Shown: positions 1 to 8,191 of the stretch, in pieces | Layout of the letters: each line of letters begins with the position of its first letter | Position numbering within the stretch: the first letter of the stretch is position 1 | Sequence record: SRR2962707_1184 | Length of the DNA: 20,000 nucleotides | Strand: one strand, 5' to 3' | Made by a program: the position numbers and the translations under genes | The notes under the pieces: generated by a model | The model's input: the letters and a program-made list of their open reading frames with translations, nothing else | Told to the model about the DNA's origin: nothing | The model's database searches: none

Positions 1-1
1 A

Positions 2-481
2 GAAGATATCGCGGCCACGAACCTTACTATTCTTGATACACGAAAGACGCTACCAGGCTTACGCAGCGCACAAAAATACGCGGTTAAAGTCGGCGGCGCA
101 CAAAATCACAGAATTGGACTTTTTGATGCCTTCTTGATCAAAGAAAACCACATTATGGCAGCAGGCTCGATCACCAATGCGGTCAACATGGCCAAGCAAA
201 TTGCGCCAGGCAAAACCATCGAAGTGGAAACAGAAAGCTTGGCAGAGGTTGCCCTAGCCGTGGAGGCTGGCGCCGACATCATTATGTTGGACAACTTTTC
301 CTATGAAGACATGGCAACCGCTGTCACCCGCTTTAAAGGACAAGTAAAATTTGAAGCATCTGGTAACATGGATCAAGAAAAGCTAAAACGGGTTGCCCAA
401 ACAGGGGTGGATTATGTTTCCATTGGCGCCCTCACCAAACACGTTCAAGCCATCGACCTCTCTCTTCGAGTCCATAAATAA
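2..481 (+). CDS. nadC: Quinolinate phosphoribosyltransferase (nicotinate-nucleotide pyrophosphorylase), 5'-truncated by the window edge
   Basis: The frame is open from position 2 and reads [50 protein letters not shown]. It contains the QPRTase motifs DTRKT, NHR, LIKENH, EVE, IMLDN, EASG and SIGALT. Stop TAA at 479-481. Confidence 0.97.
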   Translation, partial: EDIAATNLTILDTRKTLPGLRSAQKYAVKVGGAQNHRIGLFDAFLIKENHIMAAGSITNAVNMAKQIAPGKTIEVETESLAEVALAVEAGADIIMLDNFSYEDMATAVTRFKGQVKFEASGNMDQEKLKRVAQTGVDYVSIGALTKHVQAIDLSLRVHK

Positions 482-491
482 GGAACATATG

Positions 492-1676
492 ATGAGCGAC
501 AGTATATTAGTCATTAATTGCGGCAGCTCTTCTCTGAAATTTGCTGTTCTGTGTGACGAAGGACAATCCGTATTGCTCGAAGGCATTGCCGATAGACTCG
601 GCTATACCAACAGCACTCTTACGTTTAAAAAAGACGGCAACAAAGAGTCTATCCACCTTAAAGAAGGCACTCATAAGAGCGCCGTCGCCGAAATCAAAAA
701 GTGGTTAAGTGACAGACCGGCTATTTTGGACAGCCTAACGGGGATTGGTCACCGGGTCGTACATGGTGGCGAGACCTTTAGTCAATCTGTGCTGATTGAC
801 CAATCTGTCATAAACGGCATTGCTGAATGCGCGAATTTTGCGCCCTTACACAGCCCAGCTCATATTATCGGCATGAATGTGGCCATTGAACTCTTCCCGG
901 GCATACCGCAAGTTGCCGTGTTTGATACCGCGTTCCACCAAACGCTTGCAGCGGAACAGTACCTTTACCCGATTCCTATGGCACTGTATCGACAGCACCA
1001 CTTTCGCAAATACGGTTTTCATGGCACCAGCTATCGCTACATTAGCCGCCGTTTGGCAGAACTTGAACCAAACAGCCTACAACAAGGTGTGCTTGTCGCG
1101 CATTTAGGCAACGGCGCCAGCACCTGCGCAATCAATAAAGGTCAATCCACAGACACCAGCATGGGGATTACGCCACTTGAAGGCCTTATGATGGGGACGC
1201 GCTGTGGCAGTTTAGACCCAAGCCTGCTTTCTTTTATTGCTGAAGCGGAAGGCATTTCCTCGGCCGACGCATTGGATGTATTGAACAAAAAAAGCGGTTT
1301 GCTGGGCATCTCCGAACTGTCCAATGATTGCCGAACCTTAGAAGAAGCCATGGCACTGGGCAATGAACAAGCCAAATTAGCGCTGGATATGTTTGCCATC
1401 CGAACCGCCAAATACCTTGTTAGCGCCGCCACCACTCTCGACAGCATTGATCATTTGGTCTTTACCGGTGGCATTGGTGAAAATTCCTCCTATGTTCGCG
1501 CGGCCATATGCCAACAATTAAAAGCCTTTAATATTTACATTGATGGTGATAAAAACTCTTTACGGGGGGCGACGATGAGCATTGAGTCAAAACAGAGTCA
1601 TGTCAAAGTCTGGATCATCCCAACCAACGAAGAACTTATGATTGCTTTGGATACCATCCACTTAATTCGTCAATAA
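492..1676 (+). CDS. ackA: Acetate kinase
   Basis: Motifs ILVINCGSSSLKF, GHRVVHGG, VAVFDTAFH, KYGFHG, HLGNGAS, MGTRCG, FTGGIGENS and IPTNEE. AAGGA RBS at 480-484 overlaps the nadC stop. Start ATG is 492 (489 possible), not the 393 given in the ORF track. Confidence 0.97.
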   Translation: MSDSILVINCGSSSLKFAVLCDEGQSVLLEGIADRLGYTNSTLTFKKDGNKESIHLKEGTHKSAVAEIKKWLSDRPAILDSLTGIGHRVVHGGETFSQSVLIDQSVINGIAECANFAPLHSPAHIIGMNVAIELFPGIPQVAVFDTAFHQTLAAEQYLYPIPMALYRQHHFRKYGFHGTSYRYISRRLAELEPNSLQQGVLVAHLGNGASTCAINKGQSTDTSMGITPLEGLMMGTRCGSLDPSLLSFIAEAEGISSADALDVLNKKSGLLGISELSNDCRTLEEAMALGNEQAKLALDMFAIRTAKYLVSAATTLDSIDHLVFTGGIGENSSYVRAAICQQLKAFNIYIDGDKNSLRGATMSIESKQSHVKVWIIPTNEELMIALDTIHLIRQ

Positions 1677-1717
1677 TTTATATTAACCAACACTCGTACA
1701 AGTAGGACCCCTTAATT

Positions 1718-3823
1718 ATGTCGACAAACGTGTTAATGACAGTACCGACCGGACCCGGTGTTGGTTTAACATCCGTCTCTGTTGGACTGGTTCGTGCCCT
1801 AGAGCAACAAGGTTTGAAAGCGAGTTTTTTCAAACCCATCGCCCAGCCACACCCAGGCGATAGCGGCCCAGACAAATCAACCGCAATGGTCGCACAAGGA
1901 TCAACGCTTACACCGGCCGAGCCAATTCCCTTGCATGAGGCCGAACGATACCTATACAACGACAATATCGAAGAGTTAATGGAAGAAATCGTTGGTCGCT
2001 TCCAAGCCAGCGTAGAGCCAGATTCCACCGTCATCGTCGAAGGTCTTGCGCTTATCTCAGGGCACCCTTATGCAACCCGCTTGAACAAAGCCATTGCGCG
2101 AACCCTTGATGCAGGCTTAGTACTGGTTACCGCCCCTAATAATATGCGCGTGAACGAACTTGAGCATCACGTTGAAATTGCCGCTGGGTCCTACGGTGGC
2201 ATTAAAGCCCCTGACGTCATTGGCTGCATTTTAAACAAAACCACTCCGGGTTCATTAGGCGTTAAATCCTATGGTGACTTATTTGCTCAGCGCGGTATTT
2301 TTAAACGCAACTTCAGTCTTCTAGGGCAAATTCCCGTTTCTGAAGAACTCACCTACCCGCGAGTCAAAGACGTTGCAGACTTTTTACAAGCCAAAATAGT
2401 CAACGCTGGCGAGATGGAATCGCGACGTGTTCAGTCCTACACTTTGTGCGCCCGTGGCGTTGAAAACATGCTGGAAGCTTTGCGTCCAGGTGTTCTGGTA
2501 TTCACCCCTGGGGATCGTACCGACATCATCATGGCGACCGCCATTGCCGCGCTTAACGACACTAAAATCGCCGCTCTGGTATTAACCGGTGGCTATCAGC
2601 CTAGTGACGCACTAATGGTCTTGTGTGGCAAAGCCATGGCGAAAGGCTTGCCAGTGCTTTCTGTGACGACCAATAGCTGGGAAACGGCGATCACCATGCA
2701 GTCGTTTAACCAAGAAATCCCCTTGGACGACAAAGAACGCATATTGACCGTTAAAGAACACATTGCCCGCTGTATTGATCATGACTGGGTCAATTCTTTT
2801 GCGATGAACCAAGAAGAAAGAAAGCTGTCTCCACCAGCGTTCCGTTATCGCTTAATAGAGCAAGCTCGATCCCTCAACAAGCGAATCATTCTTCCTGAAG
2901 GTGAAGAAATTCGCACGATACAAGCGGCGTCCATTTGCGCTGAGCGTGGCATTGCACGCTGTACGTTATTAGGCAAAGAAGCTGAAATTCTTCGTATTGC
3001 ACAAAATAACGGCATTGAGCTTAGCCATGGCGTCGAAATCTTAGACCCTGAGAGCATTCGTGAACGTTATGTTGCTCCTATGGTTGAGCTGCGCAAACAT
3101 CGCGGACTGACTGACATCATTGCCAGAGAGCAACTCGAAGACAATGTGGTGCTCGGTACCATGATGCTGCAAACCAACGATGTTGATGGTCTTGTGTCTG
3201 GTGCGATCCACACCACCGCCAATACCATACGTCCTGCCCTACAGCTCATTAAAACATCAAAAACAGCGTCGCTAGTCTCTTCCGTTTTCTTTATGTGCTT
3301 ACCAGATCAAGTACTTGTTTACGGTGATTGCGCGATCAATCCAGACCCTACGGCCGAACAGCTCGCTGAAATTGCAATTCAAAGTGCCGATTCCGCTACC
3401 GCGTTTGGTATTGCGCCAAAAGTCGCCATGATCAGTTACAGCACCGGTGGTTCTGGTAGCGGTAATGATGTGGATAAAGTGCGAGAAGCAACCGCGATTG
3501 CACAACAGCGCCGCCCAGATTTGCTGATTGATGGGCCTTTGCAATACGACGCCGCCATCATGGAAAAAGTCGCCAAACAGAAAGCGCCTAATAGCAAGGT
3601 AGCAGGCAAGGCAACCGTGTTTATCTTCCCTGACCTCAACACAGGAAATACCACCTATAAAGCCGTGCAACGAAGCGCAGACGTAGTCAGTATCGGCCCA
3701 ATGCTGCAAGGCATTCGCAAACCCGTTAATGATTTGTCTCGTGGCGCCTTGGTGGATGACATAGTCTACACCATTGCGATTACGGCCATTCAAGCTGGCC
3801 AAACCAACCAAGGTAACGCATAA
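1718..3823 (+). CDS. pta: Phosphate acetyltransferase, long form (BioD-like N-terminus, DRTGG domain, PTA_PTB catalytic domain)
   Basis: 701 aa. N-terminal GVGLTSVS..FFKPI, middle TPGDR..LTGG, catalytic LPEGEE, SGAIHTT, GDCAINPDP, DGPLQYDAA, FPDLNTGN and PVNDLSRG. Follows ackA directly. Confidence 0.97.
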   Translation: MSTNVLMTVPTGPGVGLTSVSVGLVRALEQQGLKASFFKPIAQPHPGDSGPDKSTAMVAQGSTLTPAEPIPLHEAERYLYNDNIEELMEEIVGRFQASVEPDSTVIVEGLALISGHPYATRLNKAIARTLDAGLVLVTAPNNMRVNELEHHVEIAAGSYGGIKAPDVIGCILNKTTPGSLGVKSYGDLFAQRGIFKRNFSLLGQIPVSEELTYPRVKDVADFLQAKIVNAGEMESRRVQSYTLCARGVENMLEALRPGVLVFTPGDRTDIIMATAIAALNDTKIAALVLTGGYQPSDALMVLCGKAMAKGLPVLSVTTNSWETAITMQSFNQEIPLDDKERILTVKEHIARCIDHDWVNSFAMNQEERKLSPPAFRYRLIEQARSLNKRIILPEGEEIRTIQAASICAERGIARCTLLGKEAEILRIAQNNGIELSHGVEILDPESIRERYVAPMVELRKHRGLTDIIAREQLEDNVVLGTMMLQTNDVDGLVSGAIHTTANTIRPALQLIKTSKTASLVSSVFFMCLPDQVLVYGDCAINPDPTAEQLAEIAIQSADSATAFGIAPKVAMISYSTGGSGSGNDVDKVREATAIAQQRRPDLLIDGPLQYDAAIMEKVAKQKAPNSKVAGKATVFIFPDLNTGNTTYKAVQRSADVVSIGPMLQGIRKPVNDLSRGALVDDIVYTIAITAIQAGQTNQGNA

Positions 3824-3880
3824 CCTGCCATCGATGATGGCTGGTGATTGAATGCCACAGAAATAGGCTAACGCCTTCCC

Positions 3881-3918
3881 ATAACCTGATGAAAGCCATT
3901 TCATCAGGTTATTTTTTT
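3881..3918 (+). terminator. Rho-independent terminator after pta
   Basis: Perfect 14-bp stem ATAACCTGATGAAA / TTTCATCAGGTTAT (3881-3894 / 3899-3912), GCCA loop, then a T tract. Confidence 0.9.
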
Positions 3919-4056
3919 ATCTGCTGATCTCTCTCGTTTTTTAATGCCTGTCTTTCCTTAGCCGACCCTCAGCGTTTCTAGCTCGTCCATTTGATTGCAA
4001 AAATTCACACAAGCAAGTGGTGTTATTCCACAAATAGGCTAGTGTTTTATTAACGA

Positions 4057-4100
4057 TTAGCAGGAAGCTAACGTCCCTTACCCTCTTCAAGGAGTGAAGA
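4057..4100 (+). promoter_or_regulatory. Two GGA-loop hairpins in the pilA leader (putative CsrA/RsmA sites)
   Basis: TTAGC-AGGAA-GCTAA (4057-4071) and TCTTCA-AGGAG-TGAAGA (4084-4100). The second places the Shine-Dalgarno in its loop immediately before ATG 4102. Confidence 0.6.
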
Positions 4101-4101
4101 A

Positions 4102-4548
4102 ATGAACCGTCTACGCGCCCATCAAGGTGGATTTACGCTATTGGAATTAATGGTCGTCATTGCCATTATTTCTATTCTTGCCGCCATCACCGCCCCAACG
4201 TTTACCCGTCAAATCACAAAAGCAAAACTGGTTGAAGCTCAAAATATAGCCACCCAAAGTCAATCGTTTATTGAGGAGTACATTCTGCTCAACGGGACCT
4301 TCCCATCCACCACTGAGTTCGCTGCCATAGCGCCCACGGTCGCAAGCGATTCTATTGTGAAAAGTATTGCGGTAAGCGATCAAGAAGAAGGCACTGGCAG
4401 TGTGACTGTGACACTCAACAGCGACACCGGCATTAGCGAGGGGAACTATTTCAAATACAGCAGAGATGACAGCAATGATTGGCAATGCGTCTCCGATTTA
4501 GACAGTAAGCTCCTTCCCCCGCAATGCAGCACGGTAGAGGTCGAATAG
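4102..4548 (+). CDS. pilA: Type IVa major pilin (prepilin)
   Basis: Class III signal MNRLRAHQGG|FTLLELMVVIAIISILAAI with Glu5. C-terminal Cys pair WQC...PPQC (D-region). First gene of the pilABCD cluster. Confidence 0.9.
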   Translation: MNRLRAHQGGFTLLELMVVIAIISILAAITAPTFTRQITKAKLVEAQNIATQSQSFIEEYILLNGTFPSTTEFAAIAPTVASDSIVKSIAVSDQEEGTGSVTVTLNSDTGISEGNYFKYSRDDSNDWQCVSDLDSKLLPPQCSTVEVE

Positions 4549-4550
4549 TC

Positions 4551-5501
4551 ATGACTTTAGAGGAGATTTTAGCCAGTGCCATCAAGCTTGCTGCCAGTGA
4601 CATACACATAGAACAAACTGCCGCTGGCATCCATGTCAATACACGACAATATGGCGTCATTCACGTACTGGCGACCTTAGGGGCAGACAATCCATTGATC
4701 AATCGTATTAAAATGCGAGCCAACTTAGACCTGTCTGAAACGCGCAGAACTCAAGAAGGCCAATTCAGTTTTACCTACCAACAACAAACAACGTTTGTTC
4801 GCGTAAGCCTTATCGCCACCATAAAAGGGGAAAAAGTTGCATTACGTCTGCTGCCCGAAAAAACACGCTTCAACCTTGATAGCATAGGACTGCCCGATTC
4901 TTTGCAAGTACAGCTGGTCAATCAATTGGAAAAGCCAAATGGATTAATTCTCGTCTGCGGGGCGACTGGCGCGGGCAAAAGCACAACGCTTTACTCTTGT
5001 TTAGATTATTTGAACAATGAGAAACGCACTATTTTTACCATTGAAGACCCAGTAGAGCATGAAATAAGCGGACTCTTTCAATGTGAACCAAAGCCAGAAA
5101 TCGGCCTCAATGCCATCCATCTGCTAAAAGCGTTTTTACGACAAGACCCAGACATCATTATGGTGGGGGAAATCAGGGACGCAGAAACCGCCAATCTTGC
5201 GATTAATGCATCGTTAACAGGCCACCTAGTGTTAGCCACTTTGCATACGAATTCTACGCTGGATGCGATCCATCGCTGCCGCAGCTGGCAAGTCGACTTT
5301 TTTTCACTTGTCAGCTCCCTCAAGCTGATCATCCACCAAGCCATGGAATACCGCTCCAGCAGCCAAAATGCGCTGTTTAGTGGCTTGTTGCCTTTGTGGA
5401 AAGAAACCTTGCCAATAGATTACCAGCAACTTATTGCTACCCCTTCATTGTGGCAGGCGTATAGCCATAAAAACTCAGGGGGAGCAGATGCCTTGGTTTA
5501 G
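4551..5501 (+). CDS. pilB: PilB/GspE-family assembly ATPase, unusually short (316 aa)
   Basis: ASDIHIE, Walker A GATGAGKST, Asp box TIEDPVE, Walker B LRQDPDIIMVGEIRD and His box TGHLVLATLH. Lies between pilin and PilC. ATG 4551 is 2 nt after the pilA stop. Confidence 0.85.
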   Translation: MTLEEILASAIKLAASDIHIEQTAAGIHVNTRQYGVIHVLATLGADNPLINRIKMRANLDLSETRRTQEGQFSFTYQQQTTFVRVSLIATIKGEKVALRLLPEKTRFNLDSIGLPDSLQVQLVNQLEKPNGLILVCGATGAGKSTTLYSCLDYLNNEKRTIFTIEDPVEHEISGLFQCEPKPEIGLNAIHLLKAFLRQDPDIIMVGEIRDAETANLAINASLTGHLVLATLHTNSTLDAIHRCRSWQVDFFSLVSSLKLIIHQAMEYRSSSQNALFSGLLPLWKETLPIDYQQLIATPSLWQAYSHKNSGGADALV

Positions 5502-6540
5502 CGTCAAATTTGATGGCACGACTTACTATCGATACGCCGTATCAGAACGCCGTTTGTTACTGCATTATGTGTCGTTAGGGCAATGGAATATAGATTGTCG
5601 ACGCTATACACCACGACACTTCAACTACAAAACCTTGCTTCTCTTTTTCACTGAAATTAACAGTGCACTGCAAAATGGACTGCAACTTAACGAAGCAATA
5701 CACAGCCTTTCTGAGTCCTCCAGTAACCCAATCTTAAATAAAAACTGCTTGGCGATCTGCCATGAGCTGCATACCGGAGAAGCCTTTAACACTATTTTCT
5801 CGAGACTCTCAAATCAACGCTGCCAGCCTTACTGTCAACTCATCGTTAGCGATGGCTCAAGAGAAGATTGCGAGCAAAGCATTAAAACCTCAATAGAACA
5901 ACTTACGTCACTTCTCGCGTGGTCTGCAAAACTGTTAAAAGGCATTACCTACCCCTTTTTTATCATGCAGGTCGCGCTTGCTATCAATTTGCTTCATAGC
6001 CTGTTTGCCAGCACTGACGCCCCTTCTAATCTTCTACTCAACACAAGCATGTATTTAATAACGAGCTTTGTCCAAGCCATAATAGTGATCAATTTCATCA
6101 ATGGAAACGCCAGTAACTGGTTTGAGACTTTCAACGCAAGCTTTCGCTTAACAAAGTTATTGGCGTTATTGAACGCCAGCCGTAAAACAGGCAAGCCCTT
6201 GCAGCAAGCACTGTACAAAATGCCTCTGCACTTTAATCACGCCACATTAAAAGAAGAGATTCTTTTTACTTACTACTCGTTACAACTCGGCAACAGCTAC
6301 CAAACTAGCTTTCCCACAAGTTGGTTTCCCAAAGAATCCGCTTTAGCACTCGATGCCGCCAGTCAAAATGGGGACATCGACAGGGCCCTAACATTAGCAG
6401 CACAAGAGCATGAACGACAATGCCAGCAGGTGATTTATTGGTTTGAAAAGATCGTCCCTGCCTGCTGTCTTTTTATTGCCGCAGGCTTTGTTGTGTCCGC
6501 GTTATTGTCCATCTACCAACCTTTGTTGGCGCTGTCTTAA
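5488..6540 (+). CDS. pilC: PilC/GspF-family inner-membrane platform protein (divergent)
   Basis: Two GspF-like repeats (LQNGLQLNEAI...ITYP and KTGKPLQQAL...SQNGDIDRAL), three hydrophobic segments and a C-terminal SIYQP. GGGGAG RBS before ATG 5488. Synteny supports the call. Confidence 0.75.
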   Translation: MPWFSVKFDGTTYYRYAVSERRLLLHYVSLGQWNIDCRRYTPRHFNYKTLLLFFTEINSALQNGLQLNEAIHSLSESSSNPILNKNCLAICHELHTGEAFNTIFSRLSNQRCQPYCQLIVSDGSREDCEQSIKTSIEQLTSLLAWSAKLLKGITYPFFIMQVALAINLLHSLFASTDAPSNLLLNTSMYLITSFVQAIIVINFINGNASNWFETFNASFRLTKLLALLNASRKTGKPLQQALYKMPLHFNHATLKEEILFTYYSLQLGNSYQTSFPTSWFPKESALALDAASQNGDIDRALTLAAQEHERQCQQVIYWFEKIVPACCLFIAAGFVVSALLSIYQPLLALS

Positions 6541-7334
6541 TGACGCTCACGCTATTATCAGCAGCGCTGTATGCGTTCAGCTTACTGTGTCTTGGTAGTT
6601 TTGCAGCGCTGTTTTCCATTCGCTGGCCTGCCGTTAATCTCTACTTAGCCGAAAAAGAAGCCCATGAGCTGCTCTCTCTAAATTTTATAAAAACACCGCC
6701 CAAAAACAGTGTCTTTGGACGCTCCTACTGCCCCCATTGTCATCACACCCTAGGCTGGAAAGACACAATTCCTCTGTTTAGCTATTGTTATTTAAAGGGG
6801 CAATGCCGCTATTGCGCCAAGTCAATTTCAGCCTATTATTGGCGCATCGAAATACTGTTTTTGATCACTGGGCTTCCTCTTCTGTGGTTACCGCTCAGTC
6901 TTTATGAGCTGATTCTTAACACCGTTATTATCAGTGCACTGCTCAGCGCGGCCATTATTGATTACCAGCACAGACTCATTCCAAATGAATGCAGCGGCCT
7001 TGCCATTGCAGCCGCTTTAGCGCTAAACATAGGCCCCCCTAATCTAGATGCGTCTATTTTAGGGGTCTTGTTGGGATATGCGATTGTTGCCCTGCTAAGA
7101 GAGTGCTATCTTTATTATCGAAACAGAGAAGGCATTGGACTTGGCGATGCAAAACTGCTTGCAGCGCTAGGCGCTTGGACATACATGGAATCGTTATTCT
7201 CTATTCTTTTGTATGCCAGCCTTTTAGGTATTGTATATACCGCCCTTTATTATAAGACAGGCAGGCAAAACATACCGTTTGGCCCTTTTTTAGTCATTTC
7301 AGGCATCGCCCACTTTTATTGCATTCACTTATGA
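6540..7334 (+). CDS. pilD: Prepilin peptidase / N-methyltransferase (A24)
   Basis: LGSF, RSYCPHC and GQCRYC zinc motifs, catalytic IID..HRLIP and GLGDAKL, IPFGPFL. TAATG overlap with pilC. Confidence 0.93.
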   Translation: MTLTLLSAALYAFSLLCLGSFAALFSIRWPAVNLYLAEKEAHELLSLNFIKTPPKNSVFGRSYCPHCHHTLGWKDTIPLFSYCYLKGQCRYCAKSISAYYWRIEILFLITGLPLLWLPLSLYELILNTVIISALLSAAIIDYQHRLIPNECSGLAIAAALALNIGPPNLDASILGVLLGYAIVALLRECYLYYRNREGIGLGDAKLLAALGAWTYMESLFSILLYASLLGIVYTALYYKTGRQNIPFGPFLVISGIAHFYCIHL

Positions 7335-7951
7335 AACAGAATCATTTATCGCCCATTGTTGGGCTTGCTGGCGGCATAGGGTCAGGCAAAACCACCGTGA
7401 CTCAACGCTTCAACGCACTTGGTATTCAAAGCGTCGACGCGGATGACGTTGCCCGTGAAGTTGTCCTTCCAGGATCAGACTGCCTTAACCAAATCGTGGC
7501 GCGCTTTGGCGCCAACATTCTATTAACCGATGGCAATTTAGACCGTAAAGCCCTGCGCGACATTGTCTTTAAGCACCCAGACGAAAGGCGCTGGCTTGAG
7601 TCCATTACACACCCAAAGATTAAACAATCCATCGCCGAACAACTGGCCAAAGCCTCTTCTCCTTATGTGTTATTGGTGCACCCTCTGTTGTTCGAAACTG
7701 GCCAACATAAAACCTGTCAACTCGTGATTGCCATTGACGTTCCTAAAGCGCTACAAATAAAGCGCATTATTCACCGAGATGACAGCACTGAAGAGCAAGC
7801 TCAAAGCATTATTAATGCCCAGATAAGCAATTCAGAACGATTAAAACAAGCGGACTTTATCCTTAAAAACGATAGCAATTTGATTGACTTAGATGATAAA
7901 GTCATGGAATTAAACCAGTGTATTTTAGAACGATTGAATGTAAGAGATTAA
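7331..7951 (+). CDS. coaE: Dephospho-CoA kinase
   Basis: [13 protein letters not shown]-loop, VDAD, LDRKALR, LESITHP, PLLFE. ATGA overlap with pilD at 7331. Confidence 0.95.
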   Translation: MKQNHLSPIVGLAGGIGSGKTTVTQRFNALGIQSVDADDVAREVVLPGSDCLNQIVARFGANILLTDGNLDRKALRDIVFKHPDERRWLESITHPKIKQSIAEQLAKASSPYVLLVHPLLFETGQHKTCQLVIAIDVPKALQIKRIIHRDDSTEEQAQSIINAQISNSERLKQADFILKNDSNLIDLDDKVMELNQCILERLNVRD

Positions 7952-7955
7952 AAGA

Positions 7956-8162
7956 ATGACCCTGATTGCCTGCCCTACTTGCCAAAAGAAAACGCCTTGG
8001 TCCGAAGAAAACAAAGACAGACCTTTTTGCAGTGCAAAATGCAAGCTAATCGATCTAGGGGAATGGGCAAGTGAAAGCTATGCGATTCCACAACAAACCT
8101 CAGAGGAAGACGATATTTTTTCTGAGGACTTAGCGATGGACCCTAATAAGTCGTTTCTCTAA
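7956..8162 (+). CDS. yacG: DNA gyrase inhibitor, zinc finger
   Basis: CPTC...[19 protein letters not shown] signature with an acidic tail. Usual position after coaE. Confidence 0.95.
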   Translation: MTLIACPTCQKKTPWSEENKDRPFCSAKCKLIDLGEWASESYAIPQQTSEEDDIFSEDLAMDPNKSFL

Positions 8163-8173
8163 CTTAACTAATA

Positions 8174-8188
8174 AGATACGGATTATCT
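8174..8188 (+). promoter_or_regulatory. GGA-loop hairpin over the RBS of REC-TPR regulator 1 (putative CsrA/RsmA site)
   Basis: AGATA-CGGAT-TATCT ends 3 nt before ATG 8192. It contains the ACGGA motif. Confidence 0.45.
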
Positions 8189-8191
8189 ACA

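Noticed and set aside
393-491. N-terminal extension of AckA from 393 (likewise track starts 4524, 5434 and 7319)
   Set aside because: These starts lie inside the upstream genes. RBS position, gene coupling and family N-termini favour 492, 4551, 5488 and 7331.
3827-3841. Small hairpin GCCATC-GAT-GATGGC just after the pta stop
   Set aside because: It is a 6-bp stem with no T tract. The stronger terminator at 3881-3918 explains termination, and there is no support for an sRNA.
3299-3904. 201-aa antisense ORF over pta, and the other short shadow ORFs across the window
   Set aside because: They overlap well-supported genes on the opposite strand or in another frame and carry no recognisable motifs.
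3991-4012. Possible CRP/CRP-S competence site upstream of pilA (TTGCAAAAATTCACA)
   Set aside because: Only one good half-site (TCACA) is present and the spacing is wrong. No sigma54 GG-N10-GC promoter was convincingly seen either.
4551-5501. Calling the short ATPase PilT/PilU or a pseudogene
   Set aside because: It lacks the PilT AIRNLIRE motif, has PilB-type RQDPD and TIEDPVE, occupies the pilB position, and is an uninterrupted ORF coupled to its neighbours.
7951-7956. Absence of zapD between coaE and yacG
   Set aside because: Direct coaE-yacG adjacency is also the normal arrangement in Pseudomonas-like lineages, so it is not unusual.
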